Shown here in pieces: positions 49,649 through 59,530 of a DNA stretch of 64,000 nt (the first letter of the stretch is position 1; each line of letters opens with the position of its first letter). The notes under the pieces were generated by a model. The model saw nothing but the letters and a program-made list of their open reading frames with translations. It made no database searches and was not told where the DNA came from. This stretch comes from Acidobacteriota bacterium (GTDB lineage Bacteria; Acidobacteriota; UBA890; WLXD01), in NCBI GenBank assembly GCA_965205505.1, contig CBDBHB010000008.1:992001-1056000 (forward strand), given 5' to 3'. A program made the position numbers and the translations under genes.

Positions 49649-51298
49649 ATGAACGTAGCCCGTACGGTAGTCGAGATCCTCAAGCGCGAGGGCGTGGAGT
49701 TCATCGTCGGCTATCCCGTCAACCCGATCCTGGAGGCAGCAGCAGAGGCAGACATCCGGCCGATCATCGTGCGTCAGGAGCGCACCGGGCTGCACATGGC
49801 CGACGCTTTCAGCCGCCTCAATTGCGGCGACCGCATCGGGGTCTTTGCCATGCAGTTCGGGCCCGGCACGGAGAACGCCTTCGGCGGTGTGGCACAAGCC
49901 TATGGTGAGTCGGTGCCGATTCTGGTGCTGCCGGGCGGATATCCGCGACACCTCGCGAACGTGACTCCCAACTTCAGCGCCCATCTCAACTTCCGTGGGA
50001 TCACCAAGCTGTGCGAGCGGCTTCCGTCCGCAGCCCTGCTGTCGGAGACGATGCGCCGCGCCTTTTCGCAGCTCCGCAACGGCCGCCCTCGGCCAGTGCT
50101 GATCGAGATTCCCTACGACGTATTCGAAGAGGAAGTGCCAGAGCCACTCGACTACGAGGCCGTCGTGACGACGCGCAGCGGCCCCGATCCCGACGCCGTT
50201 GCCGAGATTGCACGCGTGCTCAGCGAGGCGCGGCGACCGGTCCTCTACGCCGGTCAGGGCGTCCACTACGCGCGCGCCTGGAACGAGTTGCGCGAGTTGG
50301 CCGAGCTACTGAGCATCCCGGTGGCCACCAGCCTACAGGGAAAAAGCGCGTTCCCCGAAAACCACCCGCTGTCGCTCGGCTCCGGCGGGCGCGCAATGCC
50401 GCGACCGGTGCATCGATTCTTGCACGACGCCGACGTGATCTTCGGCATCGGGTGCAGCTTCACGCGCACATCGTACGGCGTCACGATCCCCACCGACGCC
50501 GTGATCGTCCACGCCACGCTCGACCCGGCCGACCTGAACAAAGACGTGCCCGTGCAGCACGCTCTCGTCGGCGACGCCCAGCTCACGCTGCGTGCGTTGC
50601 TCGCCGAGTTGCGGGCCGGAGCCCACCCCCGGGCCATTGAGCGTGCCGGCACCGTGCACGGCGACATTGCCGACATGAAACAGGCCTGGCTCGAGGCGTG
50701 GAAGCCCAAGCTCACGTCCGACCAGGTGCCGCTCTCGCCGTACCGTGTCATCTGGGAGCTCTCGAACGCTGTCGACCGTGAGCACACGATCATCACTCAC
50801 GACGCCGGCAGCCCGCGTGACCAGCTGTCGCCGTTCTGGGAGTGCATCGCGCCGCTTACCTATATCGGCTGGGGAAAGACCACGCAGCTCGGTTACGGCC
50901 TCGGCCTGGCGATGGGGGCCAAGCTCGCCGAGCCCGACAAGCTCTGCATCAACGTCTGGGGCGACGCCGCCATCGGTTTCACGGGTATGGACATCGAGAC
51001 CGCAGTGCGCGAACGCATTCCGATCCTGTCGATTCTGCTCAACAACTCCTCGATGGCAATCGAGATTCCGGTCATGCGCGTCGCCACCGAGAAATACCGC
51101 AGCACCGATATCTCGGGCAACTATGCTGATCTTGCGCGCGCGCTGGGGGCTTACGGCGAGCGTGTCACCGAGCCCGGGCAGATCGGCGAGGCGATCCTAC
51201 GAGGCATCCGAAAGACCCGAAAGGGAACCCCCGCTTTACTGGAGTTCATCACCGCCAAGGAGATCGAGATCTCCGCCTTCGACGAGGAAGGGAGTTGA
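49649..51298 (+). CDS. Thiamine-diphosphate-dependent enzyme (acetolactate synthase-like)
   Basis: VRQERTGLHMADA, GPGTEN, WGDAA...LLNN TPP-binding motif. Confidence 0.9.
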   Translation: MNVARTVVEILKREGVEFIVGYPVNPILEAAAEADIRPIIVRQERTGLHMADAFSRLNCGDRIGVFAMQFGPGTENAFGGVAQAYGESVPILVLPGGYPRHLANVTPNFSAHLNFRGITKLCERLPSAALLSETMRRAFSQLRNGRPRPVLIEIPYDVFEEEVPEPLDYEAVVTTRSGPDPDAVAEIARVLSEARRPVLYAGQGVHYARAWNELRELAELLSIPVATSLQGKSAFPENHPLSLGSGGRAMPRPVHRFLHDADVIFGIGCSFTRTSYGVTIPTDAVIVHATLDPADLNKDVPVQHALVGDAQLTLRALLAELRAGAHPRAIERAGTVHGDIADMKQAWLEAWKPKLTSDQVPLSPYRVIWELSNAVDREHTIITHDAGSPRDQLSPFWECIAPLTYIGWGKTTQLGYGLGLAMGAKLAEPDKLCINVWGDAAIGFTGMDIETAVRERIPILSILLNNSSMAIEIPVMRVATEKYRSTDISGNYADLARALGAYGERVTEPGQIGEAILRGIRKTRKGTPALLEFITAKEIEISAFDEEGS

Positions 51299-51480
51299 TG
51301 TCGAGGCGCTTCAAAGTCGTGGTCGAGGCCGAAAACCCCGATCGGGATCGGGTCGGCGCTGCGGCGTTCAACTGGCCGGCCGACGACTACGCGATGGAGC
51401 GTGGAGTGTCGCGATACGGCGTTCGATTGTCCGATCACATAGCCCGAGGTCAGACATGGCGAACAACCGCAGTATCGTGA
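51298..51480 (+). pseudogene. Truncated 5' end of an operon-coupled gene, possibly a D-2-hydroxyacid dehydrogenase
   Basis: TGATG coupling to the TPP enzyme with RBS; MSRRFKVVV...DDYAMER, then loss of plausibility. The family assignment is a weak recollection. Confidence 0.3.
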
Positions 51481-51742
51481 GATGACGCGGTACGACGCTG
51501 GGGACACCGGCTTCTAGACGCTCGAGAGTGGCGAGCGCCTCGGCGGCACGACCCAGGTAGCAGTGTTGGTGGGCCCGGAAGCTGCGCCCCGGGACTCCTG
51601 ATTCGTTCACGCTTTGCCCCCGTCGCTCTCCGTCAGCGTACCGTCCGCTTGCCGCAGACTCTACAATTCCACAGCCACACGACAGGATCCCCGGGTGCCG
51701 TGTATTGTGCGGCCGGTATCGAGGAGTAGGCCTCTGGCCAGC

Positions 51743-53575
51743 GTGCGCAGCAGACGACGGTTGGGTTCGACGATCCTGCTGATCGCCCTGGTGGTGGGCG
51801 CGCAGCCCGGACAAAGCTCTGCCGCCCGTGGCGTTCAGCAGGGCACCACGCAGACGTTCTTCCGCACCGAGACGCCCGGCGCGCTGCCACCTCTGCTTCG
51901 CAATCTGTCGCCGGTGACGGACGAGGACCTCGAGAACCCGCCCGACGGCGAGTGGCTGAGCCATAGGCGCGGCTACGCGCTCTTGGGTTACTCGCCGTTG
52001 GGCCAGATCAACCGCGACAACGTCACCGAGCTCGAGCTCGTGTGGGCGTGGGCGATGAACGGCCGCCGGACCCAGGTGCAGCCGCTGGTCCACGACGGCG
52101 TGATGTTCCTCAACCAGTCGGCGGACATCATCCAGGCACTCGACGCCGCCTCCGGCGATCTGCTCTGGAGCTACGATCGTGAGCTCCCGGACGGTTTGTT
52201 CCGGTTCGCCTACGCGAACCGCAATATCGCGATCTACGAGGACATGATCATCCTGGCCACCGGCGACGCACACCTAGTGGCCCTCGACGCCCGCACCGGC
52301 CAGGTGCGATGGGACGCAGAGGTCGCGGACCACTTCGAGGGCTACGGGTACTCGGCCGGGCCTATCGTTGCCGACGGCAGAATCATCGCGCCGATGTCGG
52401 GCTGCTACATGATCAACGAGGGCGGCTGCTGGGTCTCCGCCCACGACCCGGACGACGGCTCGGAGATCTGGCGGCGCATCACGATTGCCGCGCCCGACGA
52501 ACCGGGTGGGAAGAGCTGGGGCGGTATTCCGAGCACGGAACGATACGGAGGCTCCGTCTGGATGCCGCCGTCCTATGACCCCGAGACGCGCACGCTGTTC
52601 GTCGGCACGGCGGTTCCCATCCCGTGGGGCCGGGCCCAGCGGGCGGCGGGCGGTGATCTCCTCCACACCAACTCGACGCTGGCGTTGGACACCGTGACCG
52701 GTGAGATCAAGTGGGCGCAGCAGCACATTCCGGCTGGCAACTTCGACATGGATACCGTGTTCGAGCGGCACGTGGTCGTCGCCGAGGCGCGACCCGACCC
52801 CGCAGAGGTCCGGTGGATCACCGACGAACTACCTCAGCAGCCGCTGAAGATGCTGTTCGGCATGTTCGGAAAATCGGGAATCGTTCGCGCCATGGACGCC
52901 GAAACCGGGCGGCTGCTCTGGGCCCGCGAGACCTACTACCAGAACGTCGTGTCGGACATCGACGTGACGACCGGCCGCGCCGATCTGAACGAGAGCCTGA
53001 TGGGCGGCATCGGTGAGACAACGTTCATTTGCCCCAGCCTCGCCGGCGGCCGCAACTGGCCCGGGACTGCGATCGATCCCGACGCAGGGGTCTTCTTCGT
53101 CGGCTTCAACAACACCTGCATGGACTACACGCTCAAGGACGTATCTCCCGAGGCCGGCGCCTACCACGACAGCGCTAGCCTGAGATTGCGCCATCCGCCG
53201 AACTCGGACGGCAACGTCAGCGCGGTGATGGCGATCGAAATCGCGACCGGGCGCCAGCTGTGGCGTCACGACGGGCGCGGGTCCTCGCACAGTGGGGTCG
53301 TCGCCACCGGCGGCGGCCTAGTGTTTCACGGTGATATCAACCGCGACTTGCGGGCCCTGGACTCGCGAAACGGAGAGGAGTTGTGGGCGACGCGCCTACC
53401 GACCCCGGTTCTCGGGAGCGTCGTGACGTACGCCGTCGACGGTGTTCAATACCTGGCGGTGCCAACCGGCAGCACCAGCGGCTTCTACGGGCTCACTCCG
53501 GAGATACCACGGCCGGCGAGCAACTCGGCCTTGTTCGTGTTCCGACTGCGTGGCGCTCGCACGCCGACCGATTAG
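51743..53575 (+). CDS. PQQ-dependent dehydrogenase-like protein, divergent
   Basis: WLSHRRG..YSPLGQINRDNV, WMPPSYDP, NFDMD, GKSG, CPSLAGGRNW, VTYAVDGVQYLAV; start uncertain. Confidence 0.85.
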   Translation: MRSRRRLGSTILLIALVVGAQPGQSSAARGVQQGTTQTFFRTETPGALPPLLRNLSPVTDEDLENPPDGEWLSHRRGYALLGYSPLGQINRDNVTELELVWAWAMNGRRTQVQPLVHDGVMFLNQSADIIQALDAASGDLLWSYDRELPDGLFRFAYANRNIAIYEDMIILATGDAHLVALDARTGQVRWDAEVADHFEGYGYSAGPIVADGRIIAPMSGCYMINEGGCWVSAHDPDDGSEIWRRITIAAPDEPGGKSWGGIPSTERYGGSVWMPPSYDPETRTLFVGTAVPIPWGRAQRAAGGDLLHTNSTLALDTVTGEIKWAQQHIPAGNFDMDTVFERHVVVAEARPDPAEVRWITDELPQQPLKMLFGMFGKSGIVRAMDAETGRLLWARETYYQNVVSDIDVTTGRADLNESLMGGIGETTFICPSLAGGRNWPGTAIDPDAGVFFVGFNNTCMDYTLKDVSPEAGAYHDSASLRLRHPPNSDGNVSAVMAIEIATGRQLWRHDGRGSSHSGVVATGGGLVFHGDINRDLRALDSRNGEELWATRLPTPVLGSVVTYAVDGVQYLAVPTGSTSGFYGLTPEIPRPASNSALFVFRLRGARTPTD

Positions 53576-53648
53576 CGCGAATCCGGCCTCCGGTGACCGC
53601 CGTGACGCACACCACCGGTACAGGAGACCATCGCGATCAGGCGTGACC

Positions 53649-55055
53649 CTACGAGCCTGCCTCCGTGATGCGATAAAGGCGGGATGCCGTGCGCAGGAAC
53701 AGGCTGCCGCGCGCCAACGCCGGCGTCGCCATGATCATCTCGTCGAGGCTGTTGATCCCGAGCACCTCGAACTCCGCCCCGGCCCGGACCACATAAGTGT
53801 CGCCATCCTCGCTGGCGGCGAAGATGCGATCCTTGTACGCCCAGGGTGACGCGGTATAGGCGGTGGCCGCCGAGATACGCCGCTTGTCGTAGATCTCCTC
53901 ACCGGTGCGCGCATCGTGGGCGGTCATGAATCCGCGATCGTAAAGCGTATAGTACTGGTCGCCATAGACGAGCGGTGACGGATTGTAGGGACTCCCTTGC
54001 GGTAGCGACCAGGCGACGTGGTCGTTCGACGTCTCTCCCTTGAGGATCGAGATATCGCCACCGGCACCGGGCCGGATCGCGAAGACGGGTCGATGTTCAT
54101 CGCCTACGTAACCGGAAGCAAGGTATAGGAGGCCGAACTCCGTGAACGGGGTCGGGATCGTAATCGACGACATGCCACCCAACTCCCAGAGCGGCTTGCC
54201 GTCGAGATCGTAGGACCGCACCCGATCGGTGCCCGAAGTAACCACCTCGGTGCGCACCTCGTTTTCCCAGATGAACGGCGTCGCCCAATTGGTCCCCTCG
54301 TCGCGTAGCACCGTCCAGAAGTCCTCGCCGGTGACGGCGTCCACGGAGGCTATGAACGACTGGTCGTCGTTGTCGTTGACGATGTACAGGCGTCCCTCGT
54401 GCAGCGCCGGCGAGGCGGCCGTTCCCCAGCCGTTACGAGTCTGCACCATGGGCCAGCGCCGCTCCCACACCACGCTGCCCTCGAGATCGAGCGCGAACAG
54501 ACCGATGTTGCCGAAGTAGACGTAGATCCGCTTGCCGTCGGTCACCGGCGTCTCGGAAGCGTAGCTGTTCTTGAGATGGCGGGGTGTATCGGGAACACCA
54601 CGGTGCAGCTCCGTTTCCCAGCGCAGCTTACCGGTCTCGACGTCGTAGGCGTACACCACCCAGCGATGGGGGTCCGTGGGGGTCGGTCGCTCGCCGCCGA
54701 AGTAGAGCCCCGGAGTGGGCTCCTCCCCCGGAGCGGAGCTGATCACCGACGTCACCACGATGAGCTCGCCGGTGACGATCGGCGAGCTCCAGCCCATACC
54801 CGGAACCGGGGCATTCCAGACGACGTTGTCGGTTGTGCTCCAGTTGCTCGGAAGGGCGGAGTCGTCCGCGATGCCGCGTCCCCCCGGGCCGCGGAACTGG
54901 CGCCATTCCTGCCCGTCGGATGGCTGGGATGGCAGTCCGGACAGCGCCTGCGAGGTTACCGCCAGCCCCAGCGCCAACATGCCGAGCAGACAGATGAGGA
55001 CGTCGCGTCGATCTGCAGCCCGTCGCGACGAGCTTGGCATGGCAGGTAAGTACAT
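53649..55055 (-). CDS. PQQ-like (BamB-type) beta-propeller protein
   Basis: WRQFRGP, GWSSPIV, YASETPVTDG, WGTAASP, TASP, MATPA. Confidence 0.88.
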   Translation of the reverse strand: MYLPAMPSSSRRAADRRDVLICLLGMLALGLAVTSQALSGLPSQPSDGQEWRQFRGPGGRGIADDSALPSNWSTTDNVVWNAPVPGMGWSSPIVTGELIVVTSVISSAPGEEPTPGLYFGGERPTPTDPHRWVVYAYDVETGKLRWETELHRGVPDTPRHLKNSYASETPVTDGKRIYVYFGNIGLFALDLEGSVVWERRWPMVQTRNGWGTAASPALHEGRLYIVNDNDDQSFIASVDAVTGEDFWTVLRDEGTNWATPFIWENEVRTEVVTSGTDRVRSYDLDGKPLWELGGMSSITIPTPFTEFGLLYLASGYVGDEHRPVFAIRPGAGGDISILKGETSNDHVAWSLPQGSPYNPSPLVYGDQYYTLYDRGFMTAHDARTGEEIYDKRRISAATAYTASPWAYKDRIFAASEDGDTYVVRAGAEFEVLGINSLDEMIMATPALARGSLFLRTASRLYRITEAGS

Positions 55056-55155
55056 CGGCTCCCCTGGCTTCCTACGATCCAATAGCGCAATCTTGCCGAC
55101 GAATTCGGCCCGCGTGAAAGGGTGCCGTCTGTCGGACAGCAGGTAAAGGGAAATC

Positions 55156-57186
55156 GTGCACCGCCTGAAGCCACTGCGCGCGAGGTTGATGGGGATCACA
55201 TCCATCCTTCTGGTCGTGTCGTGCACTGCCCCGGCCGGCATCCAGCCTGCGAGCTCCGAGGGCGAGTGGCTCCATCACGGAGGCGATCCAGGGAGCCGCA
55301 AGTACTCTTCGCTCAATCAGATCGACAAGAGCAACGTCAGCGATCTGCGCATCGCGTGGCGATGGGAATCACCGGATGCGGCGATACGCGCCGCGAACCC
55401 CGCGCTACGACCGCCTTTTCTGCACGAGGCCACCCCGATCATGGCAGGTGGCGTCCTGTACACGACCACCTCTTACCATCTGGTCGTAGCGATCGACGCG
55501 GCCACCGGGCAGTCGTTGTGGACCTACGATCCCGGCGTGTGGAAACACAACGCCCGTCGTGGGTCATCCGAAAACCCCGCAAGCAACGCACCACCGAACT
55601 GGGCGTTCGCTCACCGCGGCGTCGCCTACTGGTCGGACGGCCGCACCCAGCGAGTCTACATGGGAACGGGCGATGGACGCTTGATCTCACTGGACGCCGA
55701 GACCGGACGTCCGGACCCGGATTTCGGGGACGCCGGCATTGTCGATCTGACCCAGGGCCTCTCGCGCCCGCTGGTGCGCGGCACGGTCGGTAGAGACAAC
55801 CGGCTCGCCTATGGAGTCAGCTCACCGCCCATGGTTTGCGGGGATGTGCTGGTGGTCGGCTCCAACCTCGTCGACGCGCTCATCGCGTTCGATGGCCCGC
55901 CCGGCGATGTCCTGGGCTACGACGCGCGGACCGGCGAGCAGCTGTGGCGATTCAACACGGTGCCGCAGCCGGCCGGACATGGTGCCGACACCTGGCCGCT
56001 GGACGCCCTCGACACTCATGGAAACGCCAACGTATGGACGCTGATGAGCTATGACCCCGAGCTCAACTACGTCTATCTCCCGGTCAGCGGAACGACCAAC
56101 GACTATTACGGCGGCCACCGCCCGGGCGACAACCTGTTTTCCCAATCGTTGGTCGCCGTGGATGTGGCAACGGGCCGCAGGGTCTGGCACTACCAGCTGA
56201 CTCATCACGGCCTGTGGGACTATGACCTCCCTGCGGCTCCGGTGCTGGCGGACATCGAGGTAAACGGCCGACAGATCAAGGCGGTCGCTCAGGGCTTCAC
56301 CTTCGTGTTCGATCGGGAAACGGGCGAGCCCGTCTGGCCGATAGAGGAACACGAGGTCCCCACCGCGCCGACCGTCGAAGGGGAGATGCTGTCACCGACG
56401 CAACCCTTTCCGACCGTCCCGGAAGCCTTCGAGCGTCAAGGCGTGACGCCCAGCAGCGTCATCGACTTCACGCCGGAGCTCAGACAGGAGGCCTTGACGA
56501 TTCTGCAGCAGTACAACCATGGCCCGCTGTACTCACCGCCGTCAGTGGAGGGCACGTTGATCATGCCGGGAAGAATCGGGGGAGCCAACTGGGGTGGCGC
56601 AGCATTCGACCCCGAAACCGGCGTTCTCTACGTCCCTTCCCTGTCCAAAGTCGACATTTACCGACTCGGCGCGGCGGATTCATCGACCGATTTTCGATTC
56701 GTTCGGGAAGAGTACGCCTGGGGCTCGGGCCCGCAGGGGTTGCCCTTGACCAAGCCGCCCTATGGCCGACTGACAGCCATAGGACTCAACGATCAGGGGC
56801 GGCATCTGTGGATGGTTCCGGTGGGCGAAGGACCGCGGCATCATCCGACGCTTCAGCCACTGGGGTTGCCCGATCTCGGTAGCCCGAGGTTCAGGTTCCC
56901 TCTCGTTACCGAGAACGGTCTGCTCTTCCTGAGCGAGGGGCGCGCCCCGGGCCGCGAGTCGGCATGGTGGGATTACGGCTCCGAAGCATCAACGGAGGAG
57001 TTGGAGGACACGCGTCTTCGCGCCCTGGACAAGGAGAACGGCACGTTGCTGTGGGAGTTCGAGCTGCCGGGTCCTGCGTCCGCACAACCCATGACGTACC
57101 TACACAACGGCCGGCAGTACCTTGTCATCGCCGTTGGAGGAATGGGGCTCTGGAAGCAGGAGCTCCTTGCTTTCGCGCTCCCATGA
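55156..57186 (+). CDS. PQQ-dependent glucose/quinate dehydrogenase-like lipoprotein
   Basis: LVVSC lipobox, KYSSLNQID, RGVAYW, DYYGGHRPGDNLF, HHGLWDYDLPAAP, GGANWGGAA, KPPYG. Confidence 0.88.
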   Translation: MHRLKPLRARLMGITSILLVVSCTAPAGIQPASSEGEWLHHGGDPGSRKYSSLNQIDKSNVSDLRIAWRWESPDAAIRAANPALRPPFLHEATPIMAGGVLYTTTSYHLVVAIDAATGQSLWTYDPGVWKHNARRGSSENPASNAPPNWAFAHRGVAYWSDGRTQRVYMGTGDGRLISLDAETGRPDPDFGDAGIVDLTQGLSRPLVRGTVGRDNRLAYGVSSPPMVCGDVLVVGSNLVDALIAFDGPPGDVLGYDARTGEQLWRFNTVPQPAGHGADTWPLDALDTHGNANVWTLMSYDPELNYVYLPVSGTTNDYYGGHRPGDNLFSQSLVAVDVATGRRVWHYQLTHHGLWDYDLPAAPVLADIEVNGRQIKAVAQGFTFVFDRETGEPVWPIEEHEVPTAPTVEGEMLSPTQPFPTVPEAFERQGVTPSSVIDFTPELRQEALTILQQYNHGPLYSPPSVEGTLIMPGRIGGANWGGAAFDPETGVLYVPSLSKVDIYRLGAADSSTDFRFVREEYAWGSGPQGLPLTKPPYGRLTAIGLNDQGRHLWMVPVGEGPRHHPTLQPLGLPDLGSPRFRFPLVTENGLLFLSEGRAPGRESAWWDYGSEASTEELEDTRLRALDKENGTLLWEFELPGPASAQPMTYLHNGRQYLVIAVGGMGLWKQELLAFALP

Positions 57187-57278
57187 TCCCGTCGGCTGGG
57201 AACTGATCTCCGAACACCGGATCAGGCCCGGCCCAAACGAAGTCCGGTTCAGCGTCCGGGCATTCGAGGAGAGGCTAA

Positions 57279-58136
57279 ATGTCCGCGAGAAGAGTCGCCC
57301 TATGGATCCTGGCGGTCGCCGTGGTCTGTTCGTTGGCTGTTTCCAGCACCCAAGCGCAGGAGTCGCCCGTGCGCATCTACAACACCGTGAAGCAGAAACT
57401 GATGGAAGGAAAGTCGGTGGTCGGCGGAACCGTCTCGTCGCCGGATCCGAACATCTACTGTGCGATGGCCAACGCCGGGTTCAATTTCCTCTGGATCGAG
57501 ATGCAGCACAGTCCGCTCGGCTTTCAGGACGTCGCCCGCATGATCTGGGCCTGCAGAGGGGCGCCGGCCATTCCTTTCATCCGCGTGCCCGACGCCACGG
57601 AGGGCGACATCCAGAAAGCGGTGGACATTGGCGCACTGGGAATCATCGTGCCGATGGTCGCCTCGGCGGAGAAGATGGAGCGAGCGGTTCGGTTCGCGAA
57701 GTACCCACCCGTGGGCGAGCGCAGCCAGGGCGGCGGCCAGTACCGAGCGCTTTGGGGCGACGACTACCGTGCGACCGCCAACGACAACATCATGGTGGTT
57801 GCCATGATCGAGCAGACAACCGGTGTAGCCGTTGCGGATGCGATCGCCGCCGTTCCCGGCGTCGACGCGATCTTTGCCGCAGCCACCGACCTCGGGAGCT
57901 TCTCGGGCAAGCGCCAGGGCGATCCGGAGTTCGAAGCAATCGTGACGACGATTCGCGACGCCACTTTGGGGGCGGGGCTGACGCTGGGGGGTCCCCTGGG
58001 CTGGGCGAACCGCGATGGGTTCAGCTTCTTTCAGGCCCCCGACGACACCCGCCTGATCTACTTGGGAGCGCAGGCAACGCTGAACAGCGCCGCTTCGGGA
58101 ATCGCGCGGATCGAGGGCACCGAGCAACAGCGATAA
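57279..58136 (+). CDS. HpcH/HpaI aldolase family protein with signal peptide
   Basis: FLWIEMQHS, IRVP, GIIVPMV, KYPPVGERS, AMIE, TDL. Confidence 0.9.
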   Translation: MSARRVALWILAVAVVCSLAVSSTQAQESPVRIYNTVKQKLMEGKSVVGGTVSSPDPNIYCAMANAGFNFLWIEMQHSPLGFQDVARMIWACRGAPAIPFIRVPDATEGDIQKAVDIGALGIIVPMVASAEKMERAVRFAKYPPVGERSQGGGQYRALWGDDYRATANDNIMVVAMIEQTTGVAVADAIAAVPGVDAIFAAATDLGSFSGKRQGDPEFEAIVTTIRDATLGAGLTLGGPLGWANRDGFSFFQAPDDTRLIYLGAQATLNSAASGIARIEGTEQQR

Positions 58137-58147
58137 ACATCAGCCTG

Positions 58148-59221
58148 CTACTGTCCCTCGCTTGTCTCCTCATAGCGCGCGCCGCTCAACACGTTGTAGA
58201 GGGAGTAGTTGCCTTCGTGACAGGCGTACTCGTAGAGCGGTTCGTCGAAACGCTCGAACGGAATCTGGCCTCCCCAGACGCTCGCATACATCGTCGGATC
58301 GTCGATGGTGAACTCGTAGAGAATGGTCTCCTCATCGACTCGGGTGAAGCGCTCGATCACCTTCCCGTCTTCCGAGCGGGGGACACCGCGGAACAAGTGA
58401 TCGGGATTCAAGTTGGTGGTCTCGACCACCAGCGTGTCCCCCTCCCAACGACCCCATGAGTCACCGAACCAGGGACGCATGTCGTTCGGAAGCGATGCGG
58501 GCTCACCGAGCCGGATGATCCGGGCGTCGTGCACCATCTCCGTCATGATCATCACGTGATCGGCGTTCTGCACGATCGTGTAGTTGTTGTTGTACCAGTA
58601 GTTGGGGAGCATCGGCGGACCGGCGTTGGAGCCGAACGACACGAGGCAGCGTTGCGCCAGAGGCAGGAGCTCGGGATGATCGTGCGGGCCGAACTGGCTC
58701 CTGAGCGTGGCACGTTCCTCGACCCGCCGACGTCCCTCGGGCGTCAGCTCCGGCACGACGCCATCCTCTGGGGTCGTGACCAGCGAGCTCCTGGGCACGC
58801 CATTCACTACCGCCACGCGCTCACCGGGCTCCCGGTAGACCTCGTTGTAGCAGCCAGTAGCCGTATCGATGCAGACGGGGTAGGTACCGCCCGTCGTCGG
58901 CGGCGGGCGGTTCGGGTCGCTCGGCGCGGAGCCCTTGGCGACGGTGGCCGCCTGACCCGCCTCGATCTCGGTAACCTGTTCGCGGCTGAGAACGGGCCCC
59001 AGGCCTGGCAGGCGCTCGACCGGGGTAAGCGTAGCGTTGGTCCAGTTCCCTTGAAGATCCGGGTGACCATGCGGCGTCCTGGGCACCTGCCACTGTACGG
59101 CATCGGAAACAGCGCTCTGCGCCGCCGCGGGCGACAACATCGTCGCCACCGACAACGAGATCACTGCGGTAGCCATGGCGCATCGCCTGAGCGACAACGA
59201 GGTCCAGAGATTCACGTTCAT
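58148..59221 (-). CDS. Conserved-looking hypothetical secreted protein
   Basis: GGAGG RBS, signal peptide, GHPDLQGNW, GDSWGRWEGDTLVVETTN, YEYACHEGN. Confidence 0.85.
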   Translation of the reverse strand: MNVNLWTSLSLRRCAMATAVISLSVATMLSPAAAQSAVSDAVQWQVPRTPHGHPDLQGNWTNATLTPVERLPGLGPVLSREQVTEIEAGQAATVAKGSAPSDPNRPPPTTGGTYPVCIDTATGCYNEVYREPGERVAVVNGVPRSSLVTTPEDGVVPELTPEGRRRVEERATLRSQFGPHDHPELLPLAQRCLVSFGSNAGPPMLPNYWYNNNYTIVQNADHVMIMTEMVHDARIIRLGEPASLPNDMRPWFGDSWGRWEGDTLVVETTNLNPDHLFRGVPRSEDGKVIERFTRVDEETILYEFTIDDPTMYASVWGGQIPFERFDEPLYEYACHEGNYSLYNVLSGARYEETSEGQ

Positions 59222-59530
59222 CTTTGCTCCTCCGAACGGACTGGCGCTCTACGAAGGTTTCCGCACATCGTCGGTCCTTTCACGAGCGCGACGCGCCCAA
59301 GACTGCCCGAGTGGGACACGCGCGCAAGTGTAACCGCAAGCGACGGTTATCATCCAGGCTGCCGCCCGGGTGTCTCCGAACCGACGCCGCCCACCAGGAT
59401 GGCGGATCACTCCCGGGCGCTACCCGGAACGCGCTCATCCCGGTTAGCCTAGAGGGTGCGAGCGAGGTGCCGGAGCGCCAGCAAGCGTTGGTGGAAGTGA
59501 GGCGGGCGTGGCAAGGAGGCGGCTAAGAAG

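Noticed and set aside
59449-59459. ctagagggtgc as another TIR remnant
   Set aside because: Too short and gapped to distinguish from chance.
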